DNA of 64,000 nucleotides from Octopus sinensis (taxonomy: Eukaryota): contig NC_043017.1 in assembly GCF_006345805.1 (NCBI RefSeq), forward strand, positions 13,826,001 to 13,890,000. Direction: 5' to 3'. Under the pieces are notes generated by a model. That model had not been told where the DNA came from and did no database searches. It saw nothing but the letters and a program-made list of their open reading frames with translations. Positions 11,768 through 25,045 of this stretch are shown piece after piece. A program made the position numbers and the translations under genes. The first letter of the stretch is position 1; every line of letters starts with the position of its first letter.

Positions 11768-14700
11768 TAAATGTATTGCTGTGTGCCAATTTTTTTTTTT
11801 TAAGGTCTTATGTTAAGCTCTGGTTTCTTGAACCAGGATTTCCTTAGTGCTGCACAGATCACCTTAGACCCAGCTAAGGAGCTTTTATACAGTAACTCAA
11901 ACTGCTAGAAATCGCTACCAATTCTCTTTGAAATCACACTTCACCCTTTTAGAAGACAGGAAGGCACATTTCTTGAATAGTCCTAGGTACATGTTCTAAA
12001 AAAATACAGAGGATCACACCTGAAATAGGTTTGTATCTTGCGTCTGCTCTATCAGGGGTAACCTTTCACTAAACAATATCAACCATTTTCTTAGAAGACC
12101 TGAATATGATGGTATAGGGGTGGAGAGTGTCAACGGTTGAAGACTGTAGTGTAATTTAATGTTACCTGATACTTGTAGCATTGGTAGCATTGATTCCTGT
12201 TGGAGAGATTATTAGTCTGAAATACCACTATCGGATTGATCTGCTATACATTTCTGACAAGTATCTGTGGGTTATGTAATGTCTTGAGTTAGGAGAGATC
12301 AACAGCTATGGCCATTTGGTCCTTATTCTCTTCTCCTCTAAATTCTTTTGAAGTAAGTGGAGATGGTGGTGTGTTGGTCAAATTCCTTACTCAGGATGGT
12401 CTTGATTTTTTTTTTTTCAACTTCCTATTCAACAAGACATTCTTTCTAGCTGTGTGTGTGTTCACATATTTCTGTGTGTAGGTGGGATGAGGATAACTGT
12501 CAGTTGGCTAAACTTCCTTTTTCAAGTTTGTATTACAGAAAAACTAAGCAGATCTAATTAACATTATTATGTCTTCAGGCATTTGCTCTGAGAGTTCCAC
12601 ACCACATTATAATGTAGGGGTGAGGTTGTCTCACTGACATAACTGCTATCATTGATCCCTTATTCGATTGACTCATTGGTTCTGAACTGGGGTCCATATA
12701 AGATTTTGTTGTTAACGTTTATGTGCAATAAATTGGTTATACTTCTACAATTCATAAAATATTTTGACAATTTTTTTTATGCAATTCCTTATATTTAATT
12801 ATAAAAATACAGTAGGATTTTTTTTTGTGTGTGTGCATCGAATGGCTTTGGGGGTCAAGTAGAGTAAAATAGAGATCAAAGGGGTCCATAAACAAAGAAT
12901 GGTTGAAAACCACTGGTTTAATTGATGTATTTCTTAAGGACGTCAAAGATATTTGTAAGAAAGAAAGCCCTTTGGTGAGAATGAGAACTGGTTGAAATTG
13001 GTCATTGTTTGAGTTCATATTGATATTGATGGTGATTGTGATAGTGATGATGTTTGTTGAGTGTGATGATGTTTTCTAATGTTCATAGAAAACCACAAGT
13101 TTGTAAGGTGAGAGCCTTGCAAGAAATAGCAGTCAAAATCACCTTGAACCACACCATATCTTTAAAAAATAGATTATTGGGTAATCTAGTTCTTTAAACA
13201 TTGAAAAATAAAGTGGGGTAGTTGTGGCTGAAATGTGATCATGGTGTGATTTGAACTCACGATGTAACATGTAACACAAATCTGCCATTTTGTTTCTTGT
13301 TCTACCAATTCTGTGTTTCCCACTGTCATAATTAGTAAGAATGAGTTTTTACATATGCACCAAAGTAGTCAATTAAATCAACCCCAGTATCAACTGGTGC
13401 TTTAATTTATCAGCTCTGGATCGTTTAAAGGCATGATTTGACTTGAAAACAAGAGTCCTGGAAAAAATACTGCCAGGTATTTTGTCCATCACTCTATCAA
13501 TTCTGCCAAGACTTCTGACTGGCATTTGGTGACAAGTTTAGTGCATTATATTCCCATTCCCATTGAAGGCGGCGAGCTGGCAGAAACGTTAGCACGCCGG
13601 GCGAAATGCGTAGCCGTTACGTTCTGAGTTCAAGTTCCGCCGAGGTCGACTTTGCCTTTCATCTTTCGTGGTCGATAAATTAAGTGCCAGTTACGCACTG
13701 GGGTCGATGTAATCGACTTAATCCCTTTGTCTGTCCTTGTTTGTCTCCTCTGTGTTTAGCCACTTGTGGGTAGTAAAGAAATATATATTCACATTCCCAG
13801 TACTTAATTGACTCCAAAAAGGATGAAAAAGCAAAATCAGCTTCAGTGAGATTTTAGTTTAAATGTAACGGGGCACAATTACATATTGCAAACTATTTTC
13901 TCTCTCTGCCATAATAATAATAATTTTAGCACAAAGTCCAGCAATTTTGAAGGGTAGAGGAAGTCAATTACATAATTACTGGTACTTATTTTATTTACCC
14001 AGAAAGCATGAAAAGCAAACAATAATACCTCTCTCTACTTTAGACAAAGGCCTGAAATTTGGGGAGAAAGGACTAATTGACTACATCAAACCCACTGGTG
14101 AAGTGATACTTATTTTGACCCCTACAGGAATGGAAGGTGAAGTCAACCATGGTGGAATTTGAACTCAGAGCATACAGCCAGAAGAAATGCTATCATACCT
14201 TTTGCCCAGCATGCTAACAATTCTGGCACCTTGCTGGCTTAACGAATAATAATTAAAGGAATCTGTGATAATTTCATGTTCTTACTTCTATGCTGTTGCA
14301 TAAATTTCTAAATCTCCATCAAATTTTGTTAAAGATTTTTTTTCTCTGTATGTCCTTCCATAGTTTTTTGGCTTGTTAAAAGTGTAACACTTATGCGCAC
14401 ATCATAACAAGCACTATGATAGGACCGATGATGATGGTAATGGCTGTAATTTCAGAAATCTGTATTAAGTAAAGATAGTAGTCCTCCCCACCCACAACAA
14501 ACTAATATCACTTGTGGAACAGCAGCAGCAGTGGTTTATATTATTCTTTGGCAGCGTGCCACTCCACATCTACCTGAAAACCTTGATTCTCTTCTTTATG
14601 TAATAATTCTTACTCATCTTGGGTTATCTCCATTGTAATTTTCAGCTTTAATCTTTTTCCACCTTCATATCCTGCATAAATAATCACCACATACTCTTCC

Positions 14701-15306
14701 CTCTCTTTCTCTCCTTCCTCCTCCTCCTTTCTCATCTTCGCCGTTTCTCTTAGCCTCTGTTTCTTATATTTATCTTCTTGTATGTACCCCCTCTTCCTCC
14801 ATTATAATCAGGACTACCCAGAATCCTTAAGCAAGACGCACTATCTCTTGTCTGTATACGCAGTTATAGAACTTCCCATTCTTGGTTCCAATAGGTGTTG
14901 GTTCATCCCTGTCTGTGTTTGTTTCTGCACTATCTTTTTCAATGAGGTGAATCTTCGTCACTCATTATCACTGTAAACATCACTGAAGAAGGCTAGGTTT
15001 TTGTGTTAGATTATGTTGCATCTCTGGTAGAAACATCAATTGTTCCTTGCAGATTCTTTCATTTACAATTTTTAAAAAAGACAAAACTCCATCTTGTCTT
15101 TCTTTCTACCAGAATATGTCAAAGACAATGAAGATGGGTCAGCCATCCATGCCAATTCTATTTGAAATTTCTTGAAATGTTGTTCCATTCTATTCACTTT
15201 CTCCCTTCCTTCAGTGAAATTTTATTTTACGTCTAAATGTTGGCAAAATTGTTAGCGAGGAAGCACAAACATACCTTGTGATCCTTGTTCTACCTGTGTT
15301 TTGGGT

Positions 15307-15533
15307 TTAACCCTTTTGTATTTAAACCGGCCATACCCGGCCAAAATAGCTAATCTGTTTTATGTTCAAACTGACCAGATCCAGGCTCTCACACCTACCC
15401 TACAATGTCATTTTACATTAAGTAATTACACCATCAAGATCTTGAAGATATGAGATAATGCATGATTAATTCAAATCAATGGGAATCAATAAGCATTATG
15501 TTTGATAGAATAATCTGAACACTAAAGGGTTAA
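15307..15533 (+). mobile_element. piggyBac-type MITE (family 1), left arm of inverted pair (includes TTAA)
   Basis: TTAA-CCCTTT...AAAGGG-TTAA. Confidence 0.9.
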
Positions 15534-15716
15534 ACTATACCAAGGGCAGATTGATGAAATAAGGAGCCAGTTAAGGGGAGGAGACTGGCTGTATTTTTAA
15601 AGTAGGAAATGAGATACTATGTATCGGTTCTGGTTCTTTGTATTTTGATTAAATGTGAGCTAGATTAATCCCCACTCTCCCTCACTGGGCTTTGGTTGTG
15701 TTTAGCCTGTTGTGAT

Positions 15717-15943
15717 TTAACCCTTTAGTGTTCAGATTATTCTATCAAACATAATGCTTATTGATTCCCATTGATTTGAATTAATCATGCATTATCTCAA
15801 ATCTTCAAGATCTTGATGGTGTAATTACTTAATGTAGAATAACATTGTAGGGTAGGTGTGAGAGCCTGGATCTGGTCAGTTTGAACATGAAACAGATTAA
15901 CTATTTTGGCCGGATATGACCGGTTTAAATACTAACGGGTTAA
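15717..15943 (-). mobile_element. piggyBac-type MITE (family 1), right arm of inverted pair (includes TTAA)
   Basis: TTAA-CCC...GGG-TTAA; reverse complement of 15307-15533. Confidence 0.9.
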
Positions 15944-16587
15944 TCCACTCTGTTGCAAGGACTTGTGTGAAGGTCACCAGTTTAAGAAGAATTTTGTCCC
16001 AAAGCCCATGTGTAGGGATTTGACCTTCCCTCTCACTATCTAAAAAAAAAAAAATTTCTTGAATAGTTAAGTATATTGGGCATGATGAGCTAATAACTAA
16101 GTCAACAAACATGGTGTTGATAACATCGTTTGTTGACTGCTTAGGTTGCATATTGACATATATAACCTACAAATGAATAGGATCAAGTTTCACTCACTTG
16201 GGTTCGGTGCTTCCATAAAAATTATCTGTCTTTTATTTGGTTTGTATTATTTTGAATTTGGTCAGTTGTTGCTTGGGGCCCACTGAAAGTAAAAATTTGG
16301 TAGAAAGCAGGCTATTGTTTCAAAGTGATCTAACTGTTGCCGTGTTTCATAGGCAAGAGTTAAGTTTGGCGGGTTGGTGATTAACAACCACTGCAGGCAG
16401 TGAAACCACCTTTTTTTTTGTATCTCTATGGTAACAGAAATAATGCACACCTGGATAAGAGCAGTGAGAATTGGAAATAAAAAGAGAAACACAGCCATTT
16501 GTGTGTGTCAAGGAAGTAGATAGTAGAAAATGTGTGTGTACATATGTATATTTGTATGCATAGGTGTATGTATTTGTATAAATATAT

Positions 16588-16781
16588 GTGTGCAGGTGGC
16601 ACGTAAAAAGCACCCACTACACTCATGGAGTGGTTGGCGTTAGGAAGGGCATCCAGCCGTAGAAACATTGCCAGATCAGACTGAGCCTGGTGCAGCCTTC
16701 TGGCTTCCCAGACCCCAGTTGCACCGTCCAACCCATGCCAGCATGGAAAGCGGACGCTAAACGATGATGATGATGATGATG
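16588..16781 (+). mobile_element. Short RTE 3'-UTR retrocopy. Others: 9096-9266(-), 17025-17185(+), 17190-17283(-), 20063-20162(-), 24609-24806(+, duplicated), 34700-34911(+), 42770-42960(-), 57078-57230(+).
   Basis: Shares the ...CCAACCCATGCTAGCATGGAAA..CGTTAAACGATGATGAT end with the RTE LINE at 38780-40336. Confidence 0.85.
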
Positions 16782-19381
16782 TATGTAAAATGTATATATG
16801 TACATGTTTGAATATATATATATTTATTTGTGTGGGTGTGTGGTAAGAAGTGTGGTAACAAGCTTCTCAACCACATGGTTAGAGAAAAATATAATCCAGA
16901 TAGGAAGACAGTTAATCACATCTTTAATGACCAGTTACAATTGTTTATGTACTAACTTTATTTCCAATGCCAATTCATGAAAAAATTCCATGTGAAAAGT
17001 CATATAATATTTATGGTAAAAAGCAGCAGTGTTGGTGCCACATAAAAAAGCATCCAGTACACTCTAAAGTGGTTGGCATTAGGAAGGGCATCCAGCTGTA
17101 GAAACCAAGCCTGGTGCTGCTCCCTGGCTTGCCAGTCCCTGCCAAATTCTTCAGTTCTTGCCAGCATGGAAGACACATGCTAAATCATTATCATCATCAT
17201 CGTTTAACGTCCGTTCTCCATGCTAGCATGGGTTGGACGGTTCAACCGGGGATCTAGGAAGCCAGAAGGCTGTACCAGGCTCCATGATGATGATATATAA
17301 TATTTATGTATGTGTCTTTGTGTTTGTCTCCCACCACTGCTTGACAACTGGTGTTTGTGTGTTTACATCTCTGTAACTTAGCAGTTTGGCAAAAGAGATC
17401 AATAGAATAAGTACAAGGCTTTAAAAAAATAAGTACTGGGGTTGATTTATTTGGGTAAAATTTTTCAAGCTGTAGTCTAATGACTGAAACAAGTAAAGCG
17501 TGTTTGTATACTCTCTCTCTTTTCCCTTTGCTCTTTTACTTGTTTCAGTCATTTGACTGCGGCCATGCTGGAGTACCGCCTTTAATCGAGCAACTCGACC
17601 CCGGGACTTATTCTTTTGTAAGCCCAGTACTTATTCTATCGGTCTCTTTTGCCGAACCGCTAAGTAACGGGGACATAAACACACCAGCATCGGTTATCAA
17701 GCAATGCTAGGGGGACAAACGCAGACACACACACACACACACATATATACATATATACGACGGGCTTCTTTCAGTTTCCGTCTACCAAATCCACTCACAA
17801 GGCTTTGGTCGGCCCGAGGCTATAATAGAAGACACTTGCCCAAGACGCCACGCAGTGGACTGAACCCGGAACCATGTGGTTAGTAAGCAAGCTACTTACC
17901 ACACAGCCACTCCTGTCTTTATTTGTCTTTATTATTTTTTTTCTACTTGTTTTAGTCATTAGACTGCAGCCACATTGGGACACTACTATGAGTTTAGTTG
18001 ACAATTCCAGGTAGTTATTCTGTTAGTCTTCTTTGCCAGATCACTCAGTTATGGGGGTGTAAACAAACCAACACCAATTGTCAAGTGGTTCTGGGGGACA
18101 AGCACACACATAGGTATATATACACATACATGACAGACTTCTTTCAGTTTCCATTTACCAAATTCACTCACAAGGCTTTGGTTTGGCCAGAGCTATAGTA
18201 GAAAACACTTGCCCCCGGTGCTACACAGTGAAATTGAACCTGGAACCATGCGGTTGAAAAGTAAGCTTACCACACATGTATATACCTATGTGTGTGTGTG
18301 TGTGTGTATGTATGTATATATATATACACAAACTGTAAAAATGAAGATAAATTTTATCTTCATTTTAACTGTATTTATATTTTGTTACACACACACACAC
18401 GCAGAGGAGGTGAGTGGGTAGTTTCCTGTAATTGAGTAATTCCTGATATCAGTCGATAACATTTTATCTGTGTATATGGGTGTTTAGTGATGAAGTGGGG
18501 TGGCATCTAAATCTGTTTGCGGTCTGTAGGTGTGTAGGGGTGGGCTATCTAGATATGTTAGAGGCGCAAAGGTGTAAAGGAGTGGATTTGGTTGCGTAAG
18601 GGTGGAGTGGGTAGCTGGATGTAACTTTGCACACTACACGTGTACATGCACACGTGCATGCACAGTTTTAATTTGATGTTAGCAAATTAGAATCAGTTAC
18701 ATTCCCCTCCTCCTGTGCCACCCCCACATCTTTGCCTTTTCTCTTTTTCTTGTTTCAGTCATTTGACTGCGGCCATGCTGAAGCACCGCCTTTAATCGAG
18801 CAACTCGACCCCGGGACTTATTCTTTAGTAAGCCCAGTACTTATTCTATCGGTCTCTTTTCACGAACCGCTAAGTTACAGGGACATAAACACACCAGCAT
18901 CGGTTGTCAAGCGATTTTGCAAGGGACAAACACAGACACACAAACACACACACACGCATATATATATATACATGTACATATATACGATGGGCTTCTTTCA
19001 GTTTCCGTCTACCAAATCCACTCACAAGGCTTTGGTCGGCCCGAGGCTGTAGTAGAAGACACTTGCCCAAGGTGCCATGCAGTGGGACTGAACCCGGAAC
19101 CATGTGGTTGGTAAACAAGCTACTTACCACACAGCCACTCCTACTTGAATATTATGTTTATGCAAAGTTTATGTGGTTGTTATGTGGTGCCTCCCCACTC
19201 CATCTTGGTGATGGAAGTGGCGTGCAATGGCTGTTTTGTGGTGTTCTAGTGGGAGAATGTGAGTAGACAAAGATGAGAATGGTGGCACTGTAACAGATGA
19301 TGTGAATGACAAGTTACTGCTGAGAGAATGAGACAGATGGTCACATGTGTTTTAATCGAAGTACTTGAATCTGTGGTTTAA

Positions 19382-19602
19382 CCCTTTAGCATTTAAACCA
19401 GCCATATCCGGCCAAAAGTATTCTGCCTGTTTTATATTCAAACTGGCTAGATCTGGTCTCTCACACCAATCCTACAATATCATCTTAAAAATTAACAGCT
19501 ACCTCATCAAAATCTCAAAGCTACAAGATAATACATGATTAGTTCAAAACAAAGTGGATGGAAAAGCATTAATTTTGGTAGAATAATGCGAACACTAAAG
19601 GG
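19382..19602 (+). mobile_element. piggyBac-type MITE (family 1); further copies at ~320-532, 20694-20911 and 62199-62413
   Basis: TTAA TSDs, CCCTTTAG/CTAAAGGG TIRs, shared internal sequence. Confidence 0.88.
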
Positions 19603-19820
19603 TTAAAGAGGTAGAAATTTGAGGTAAACTTTACATGTGTTCTTGTAAACCCATGCAGACGTGGAAAATTAGAAGTAAAACAAACGAATACATGTGTGTG
19701 TATACATATATTTTCTAATAAGCCCACTGGTTATTTGTGACACTAGTATCTGATTAGGAACTGGATTGTATATGTATATCACTGCAGAGAAATCTCTGCT
19801 ATCTCAGCTTTTGAACATCT

Positions 19821-19863
19821 ACCACTGATGAGGCCAGGGAAGGCTGAAATTACATGATCTGGT
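19821..19863 (+). ncRNA. Type-I hammerhead ribozyme motif (AUC site)
   Basis: ACCA-CTGATGA-GGCC agggaa GGCT-GAAA-TTA ca TGA-T-C-TGGT. Confidence 0.8.
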
Positions 19864-21172
19864 CGTCTCAATGGTGATGGCAGAGGAATATCTCCCACTG
19901 GCAGTATAAACATGAGTGCTTTAATGCACCATGAGTCCATGTGAGGATGTTCTTTCATGGTAACTATCACAATATTCTGTGTTCTACCACAACATCCAAT
20001 TTTGAGTGGGGATAGATATTACCATTTGGTATTAATGCTGCTTCCACTGAGAGCTCATCTCTGTATCATCATCATCATCATTGTTTAACGTCCGTTTTCC
20101 ATGCTAGCATGGGTTGGACGGTTCGGCCGGGGTCTGGGAAGCCAGGAGGCTGCACCAGGCTCATACTCAGAACTAGGTGAACCAGGCTGATGAGAGCAAA
20201 GTTACTTAGTCTTTGATATAGTACAATACCAGTGATGATCACAAACCATTAACTTCTTGACCAGTTGACCAATGCCCTGTCAATGGAAACGGGCACTAAC
20301 ATGGTTTTGTAAAACAAGATCACAGTCAAAATAATTTTAAAAACTGCCAAAACTAATTTGAGTTCTCCAACTTCTATATCTTGTCTCTAATTAAATTTGG
20401 CATCTTTAATTACTTGTTGTATAGCCCCTGGACAACACTGATCTTGCTACTCTTTCATGCAAGTAGTCACCTGAGCAACTAGGTATGATCTACAAGTCTT
20501 TTGTTTTCGGTTAGAACATCTATATCTATGTCAAATTTCTTTATTGTTAGCATTGTTTCCATCCAACATCTTCAACCATTTTTAAGATGGTAGGGAGGTA
20601 GAATTTGATGGTTATGTAGAATCTGGTTGCTAATTACACAAAAGTCTCTTTTCCTCTGATAAAAGGCGATGGCAGATATGGTGTCAGCTTTAACCCTTTA
20701 CCATTTAAACCAGCCATTATCTGGCTCAAATGCTCTACCTCTTTTATGTTCAAACTGGCCAGATTCAGCCTCTCCCACCTACCCTACAGTGTCATTCTAA
20801 AAATAAATAACATCTTCAAAGTCTTGAAGCTACAAGATAATACATGATTAATTTTTTTAAATGTGGACAAATAAGCATTACATTTGAGAAAATAATGTCA
20901 ATGCTAAAGGTTTAAATCTCCTGAGGCAACAACAACATGTAGTTTTGAAATGTGACTGATCAAGAAGACAGTGCTGCAGTAGTATGTTTATTTTGACTGG
21001 TTCCAGTTTTTGAACTGTGGCCTTGCTGGAGCATCTCTTGTGATGTACATGGTTGCTTTGACCACAGAATTTGTTTTATTGATTTACGAAGGATGACAGG
21101 CAATCTGGTGGAATTTGACAACAGAAAGAAATGATTTGCATAACCAAACACCACAAGGTATTTGGTTAAATA

Positions 21173-21405
21173 AAAGGCGGCGAGCTGGCAGAAACGTTAG
21201 CACACCGGGCGAAATGCTTTGCGGTATTTCATCTGCCACTACGTTCTGAGTTCAAATTCCGCTGAGGTCGACTTTGCCTTTCATCCTTTCGGGGTCGATA
21301 AATTAAGTACCAGTTACGCACTGGGGTCGATATAATCGACTTAATCCCTTTGTCTGTCCTTGTTTGTCCTCTCTCTGTTTAGCCTCTTGTGGGTAGTAAA
21401 GAAAT
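21173..21405 (+). mobile_element. SINE family E; other copies at 13566-13784, 43024-43255, 54748-54979(-) and 54986-55208(-), plus many degenerate ones
   Basis: A box TGGCAGAAACG, B box GAGTTCAAATT; core GACTTTGCCTTTCATCCTTTCGGGGTCGATAAA; perfect 17-bp TSD AGGTATTTGGTTAAATA. Confidence 0.9.
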
Positions 21406-22533
21406 AGGTATTTGGTTAAATAGATCTGCTTTCTCCCCCGCACAACCCCTCTAAATATTCGCTAGTCTCTCCTACTTGTCGGCTAATACTTATTGACCTT
21501 GAAAAGATGAATGACAAAAATCAGTAGTGTGAATTACCAAAGTTGTTGGATGCTCTACTGAATCTTCCATCATCCACTTGTTCTGCCTTCTGTTATTAAC
21601 GTTTAGGTAAATTAAAAACCAGTTCAGTTCACTGGTCTTTGTTTTTCTAAATTGATGTGTTCAAGTCACCCCCCCCCCCCACACCTACACCCCCCACTTT
21701 CCCTTTAGCTTGCGTTGTGCACCATATGAAGGCTGCACTGTTCACTGCTGCACATTACGCTCACCCCCCCACCCCACCCTCTGTTTTTGACATCTGATAT
21801 CCAGCTTACTCTGCCTGATGATGGTATAACTGTATGTATTTGAGCTGCTCTAAGCCAACCCATATGTTGCCTCAACTGTAAAATGATGCCAACGTGTATT
21901 AATCCGAGCTCTGATAACTTCTTCCTCTCCTCCACCTCATCATCGTTCCCACCCCGGGGACATTTTCTTCATAATTTCACATTAATCAAAGAACTTGGCT
22001 TGTACTTTTTACTTCTTTCCTTTTCTTTCATTCCATTTCTTTCGGTTGTCTTCCTCCTTATTCTTTTTCTCTCCCTTTCATTCCTTCTTACCTATTTCTC
22101 CTACTCTCCTCTACCCTCTCATTCTCTCTCTCCTTCACTTATTTATTTCTTTAATCTTTCTCATACCTTTTCTTTTTCTGTCTATCTCATCTTTACTCTC
22201 TTACTTTTACTTTCTCACCTTTACTTTCTCTTTCTTTCTCATCTCTATAAACTCAAGCACTAAACGTTTGACAAGTGCATGCACTTCTGTTTTCCTACTG
22301 AGGGCTTGATGACTACTTGCAGTATAATTAGGATTGATAACCATTTAATAATTTTATTATTATAATCAGGCGCAGGAGTGGCTGTGTGGTAAGTAGCTTG
22401 TTTACCAACCACATGGTTCTGGGTTCAGTCCCACTGCGTGGCACCTTGGGCAAGTGTCTTCTACTATAGCCTCGGGCCGACCAAAGCCTTGTGAGTGGAT
22501 TTGGTAGACGGAAACTGAAAGAAGCCCGTCGTA

Positions 22534-22566
<33 letters not shown>

Positions 22567-23967
22567 GCGTGTGTGTGTTTGTGTTTGTCCCCCTAGCATT
22601 GCTTGACAACCGATGCTGGTGTGTTTATGTCCCCCGTCACTTAGCGGTTTGGCAAAAGAGACCGATAGAATAAGTACTGGGCTTACAAAAAGAATAAGTC
22701 CCGGGGTCGAGTTGCTCGACGAAAGGCGGTCGATGTATTTGATTTACCCCCTCACCTGAAATTGCCAGCCTTGTGCCAAAATTTGAAATCATTTATTATA
22801 ATCAGTGTTGTAATATTGCTCTTGTTATTAATACTTTGCAGTATTTCTTCCGGCTGTTTGTTTTGAGTTCAAATCCCACTAAGGCTAACTTTGCCTTTCA
22901 TTCCTCCAGGGTTAATAAAATATAGTATCAGTCTAATAAACAACTAAATCCCTCTCTCAATACCTTTTGGTAGTTAGCTAAAGCATTTGTTCCGGAGTTC
23001 CAATCATACTAGTCAACTTTGCCTTTCATTTTTTTAGGAGCTGATAAAGTACCAGTTTTATACTGGGGTTCATTGTAATTGATTCTTCTTTCTTTGGCCT
23101 TGCAAACTCTAAGAAAGTATTACCTTGAGCATCTCTCTCTCCTGTGTATATGTGTGTACCAATGTTGTATTGGTCTCTTTATATTTTGCAACTTGACAGT
23201 CTGGCTGATGGAGATTGATAAACTAAATACCAAACTGGAATAAATACTAGACACTATGCTTGACTTGAACTTTTGAAGGTGGTGCCATAAGCAAGGCTGC
23301 TGTCCAAAGACTGAGACCAGTAAAAGACTAAATAATTAACTAATCTTAGCTTTTTAATTATAATAATGAGTGTTTCTAATTTTGGTACAAAGTCACAAAT
23401 TTTGAGAAGGTGGAGGTAATTGATTATTGTTATTTTTGTTATTCTTGTTGCTGTTGTTGTGAGGACGCACGACCTAGTGGTTAGGGTATTGCACTCCTGA
23501 TTGCGAGATCATGGTTTCAATTCCTAGACCAACTGGTTGGTGTGTTGTGTTCTTTGTTCTTGAGTAAAGCACTTCATCTCACATTGCCCTGTGAAAACTT
23601 CACCATCTGACATGTGGTACACCTGTTCAGGCAATATTGATTTGATGGAGGGAGTGAGCTAATGTACAGCATATACATTTGATCACTTTAAACAAATCAT
23701 TGGTGCAGGTTGTTTCTTCTCGAGCCATGCCTGGCTCATAAGGGCTGGTTTCCTTCCTGGTCCATTGCAGGTGAGCTGCAAGATGCAGGAAGAAAGAGTG
23801 AGAGAAAGTTGTGGCGAGAGAGTCAGCAGAAGTTCGCCATTACCTTCTGCCGGAGCCGTGTGGAGCTTAGGTGTTTTGCTCATAAACATACACACCGCCC
23901 GGTCTGAGATTCGAACCCGCGAGTCCGCTGCTCTAACTCCTAGGCCACGTGCCTCCACAAATAAATG

Positions 23968-24223
23968 CACCCTTTTAGAGCATAGCCAGGCTCATGGGCC
24001 TGGTTTCCCAGTTTCAATGGTGTATGTGTTCCCCAGCTGGACGGGACACACGTCCATCGCAGCGTTACTCATTTTTGCCAGCTGAGTGGACTGGAGCGGA
24101 CTGGAGCAACGTGAAACGAAGTGTTTTGCTCAAGAACACAACGCGTCGCCTGGTCCAGGAATCGAAACCACAATCTTACGATTATGATGCTGACACCCTA
24201 ACCATTAAGCCATGCGCCTCCAC
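23968..24223 (-). mobile_element. SINE family D (GTGGAGGCGC head, CORE/Ceph-like body); degenerate plus copy near 23460-23690
   Basis: tRNA-like head; body contains TTGCTCCAGTCCACTCAGCTGG. Confidence 0.75.
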
Positions 24224-24774
24224 TTTGCAGGTTGTTTGGTAAAAGCTGAATGCTCATACATCATCTTCAGTGGGAGAGTCCATCATTATTATTATCATTA
24301 TTATTGTTATTATTAAGGCAAGCTGGTAGAATTGTTAGTATGCCGGGCAAAATGCTTAGCAGTATTTCACCCAACTTTATGTTCCGAGTTAAAATTTCAC
24401 CAAGGTTGATTTTGCTTTTTGTCCTTTCAGGGTTGATAAAATAAGCACCAGTTGAATACTGGGATCAATATAATCAACTTACTCCTTCCTCGAAATTACT
24501 GGCCTTGTGCCAAAAATTGAAATCGTTATTATTACTCCTATTTTTGTTGTTATTTATTATTATTATTATTATTAGAGTGTAGCGGGTGCACCAACCACTC
24601 CGAGAGTGCACCCACTACACTCTCGGAGTGGTTGGCATTAGGAAGGGTATCCAGCTGTAGAAACTGCCAGATCAAGACTGGAGCCTGGTGCAGCCATCTG
24701 GTTGCCAGCCCTCAGTCAAAACCGTCCAACCCATCCTAGCATGGAAAACGGACGTTAAATGATTATTATTATTA

Positions 24775-24807
<33 letters not shown>

Positions 24808-25007
24808 GAGTGTAGCGGGTGCACCAACCACTCCGAGAGTGCACCCACTACACTCTCGGAGTGGTTGGCATTAGGAAGGGTATCCAGCTGTAGAAACTGC
24901 CAGATCAAGACTGGAGCCTGGTGCAGCCATCTGGTTGCCAGCCCTCAGTCAAAACCGTCCAACCCATCCTAGCATGGAAAACGGACGTTAAATGATTATT
25001 ATTATTA

Positions 25008-25045
<38 letters not shown>

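Noticed and set aside
11115-21860. Other CTGANGA sites (~11150 minus, ~12575 minus, ~14983, ~20188, ~21815)
   Set aside because: Each lacks the GAAA core and/or a correctly registered stem I.
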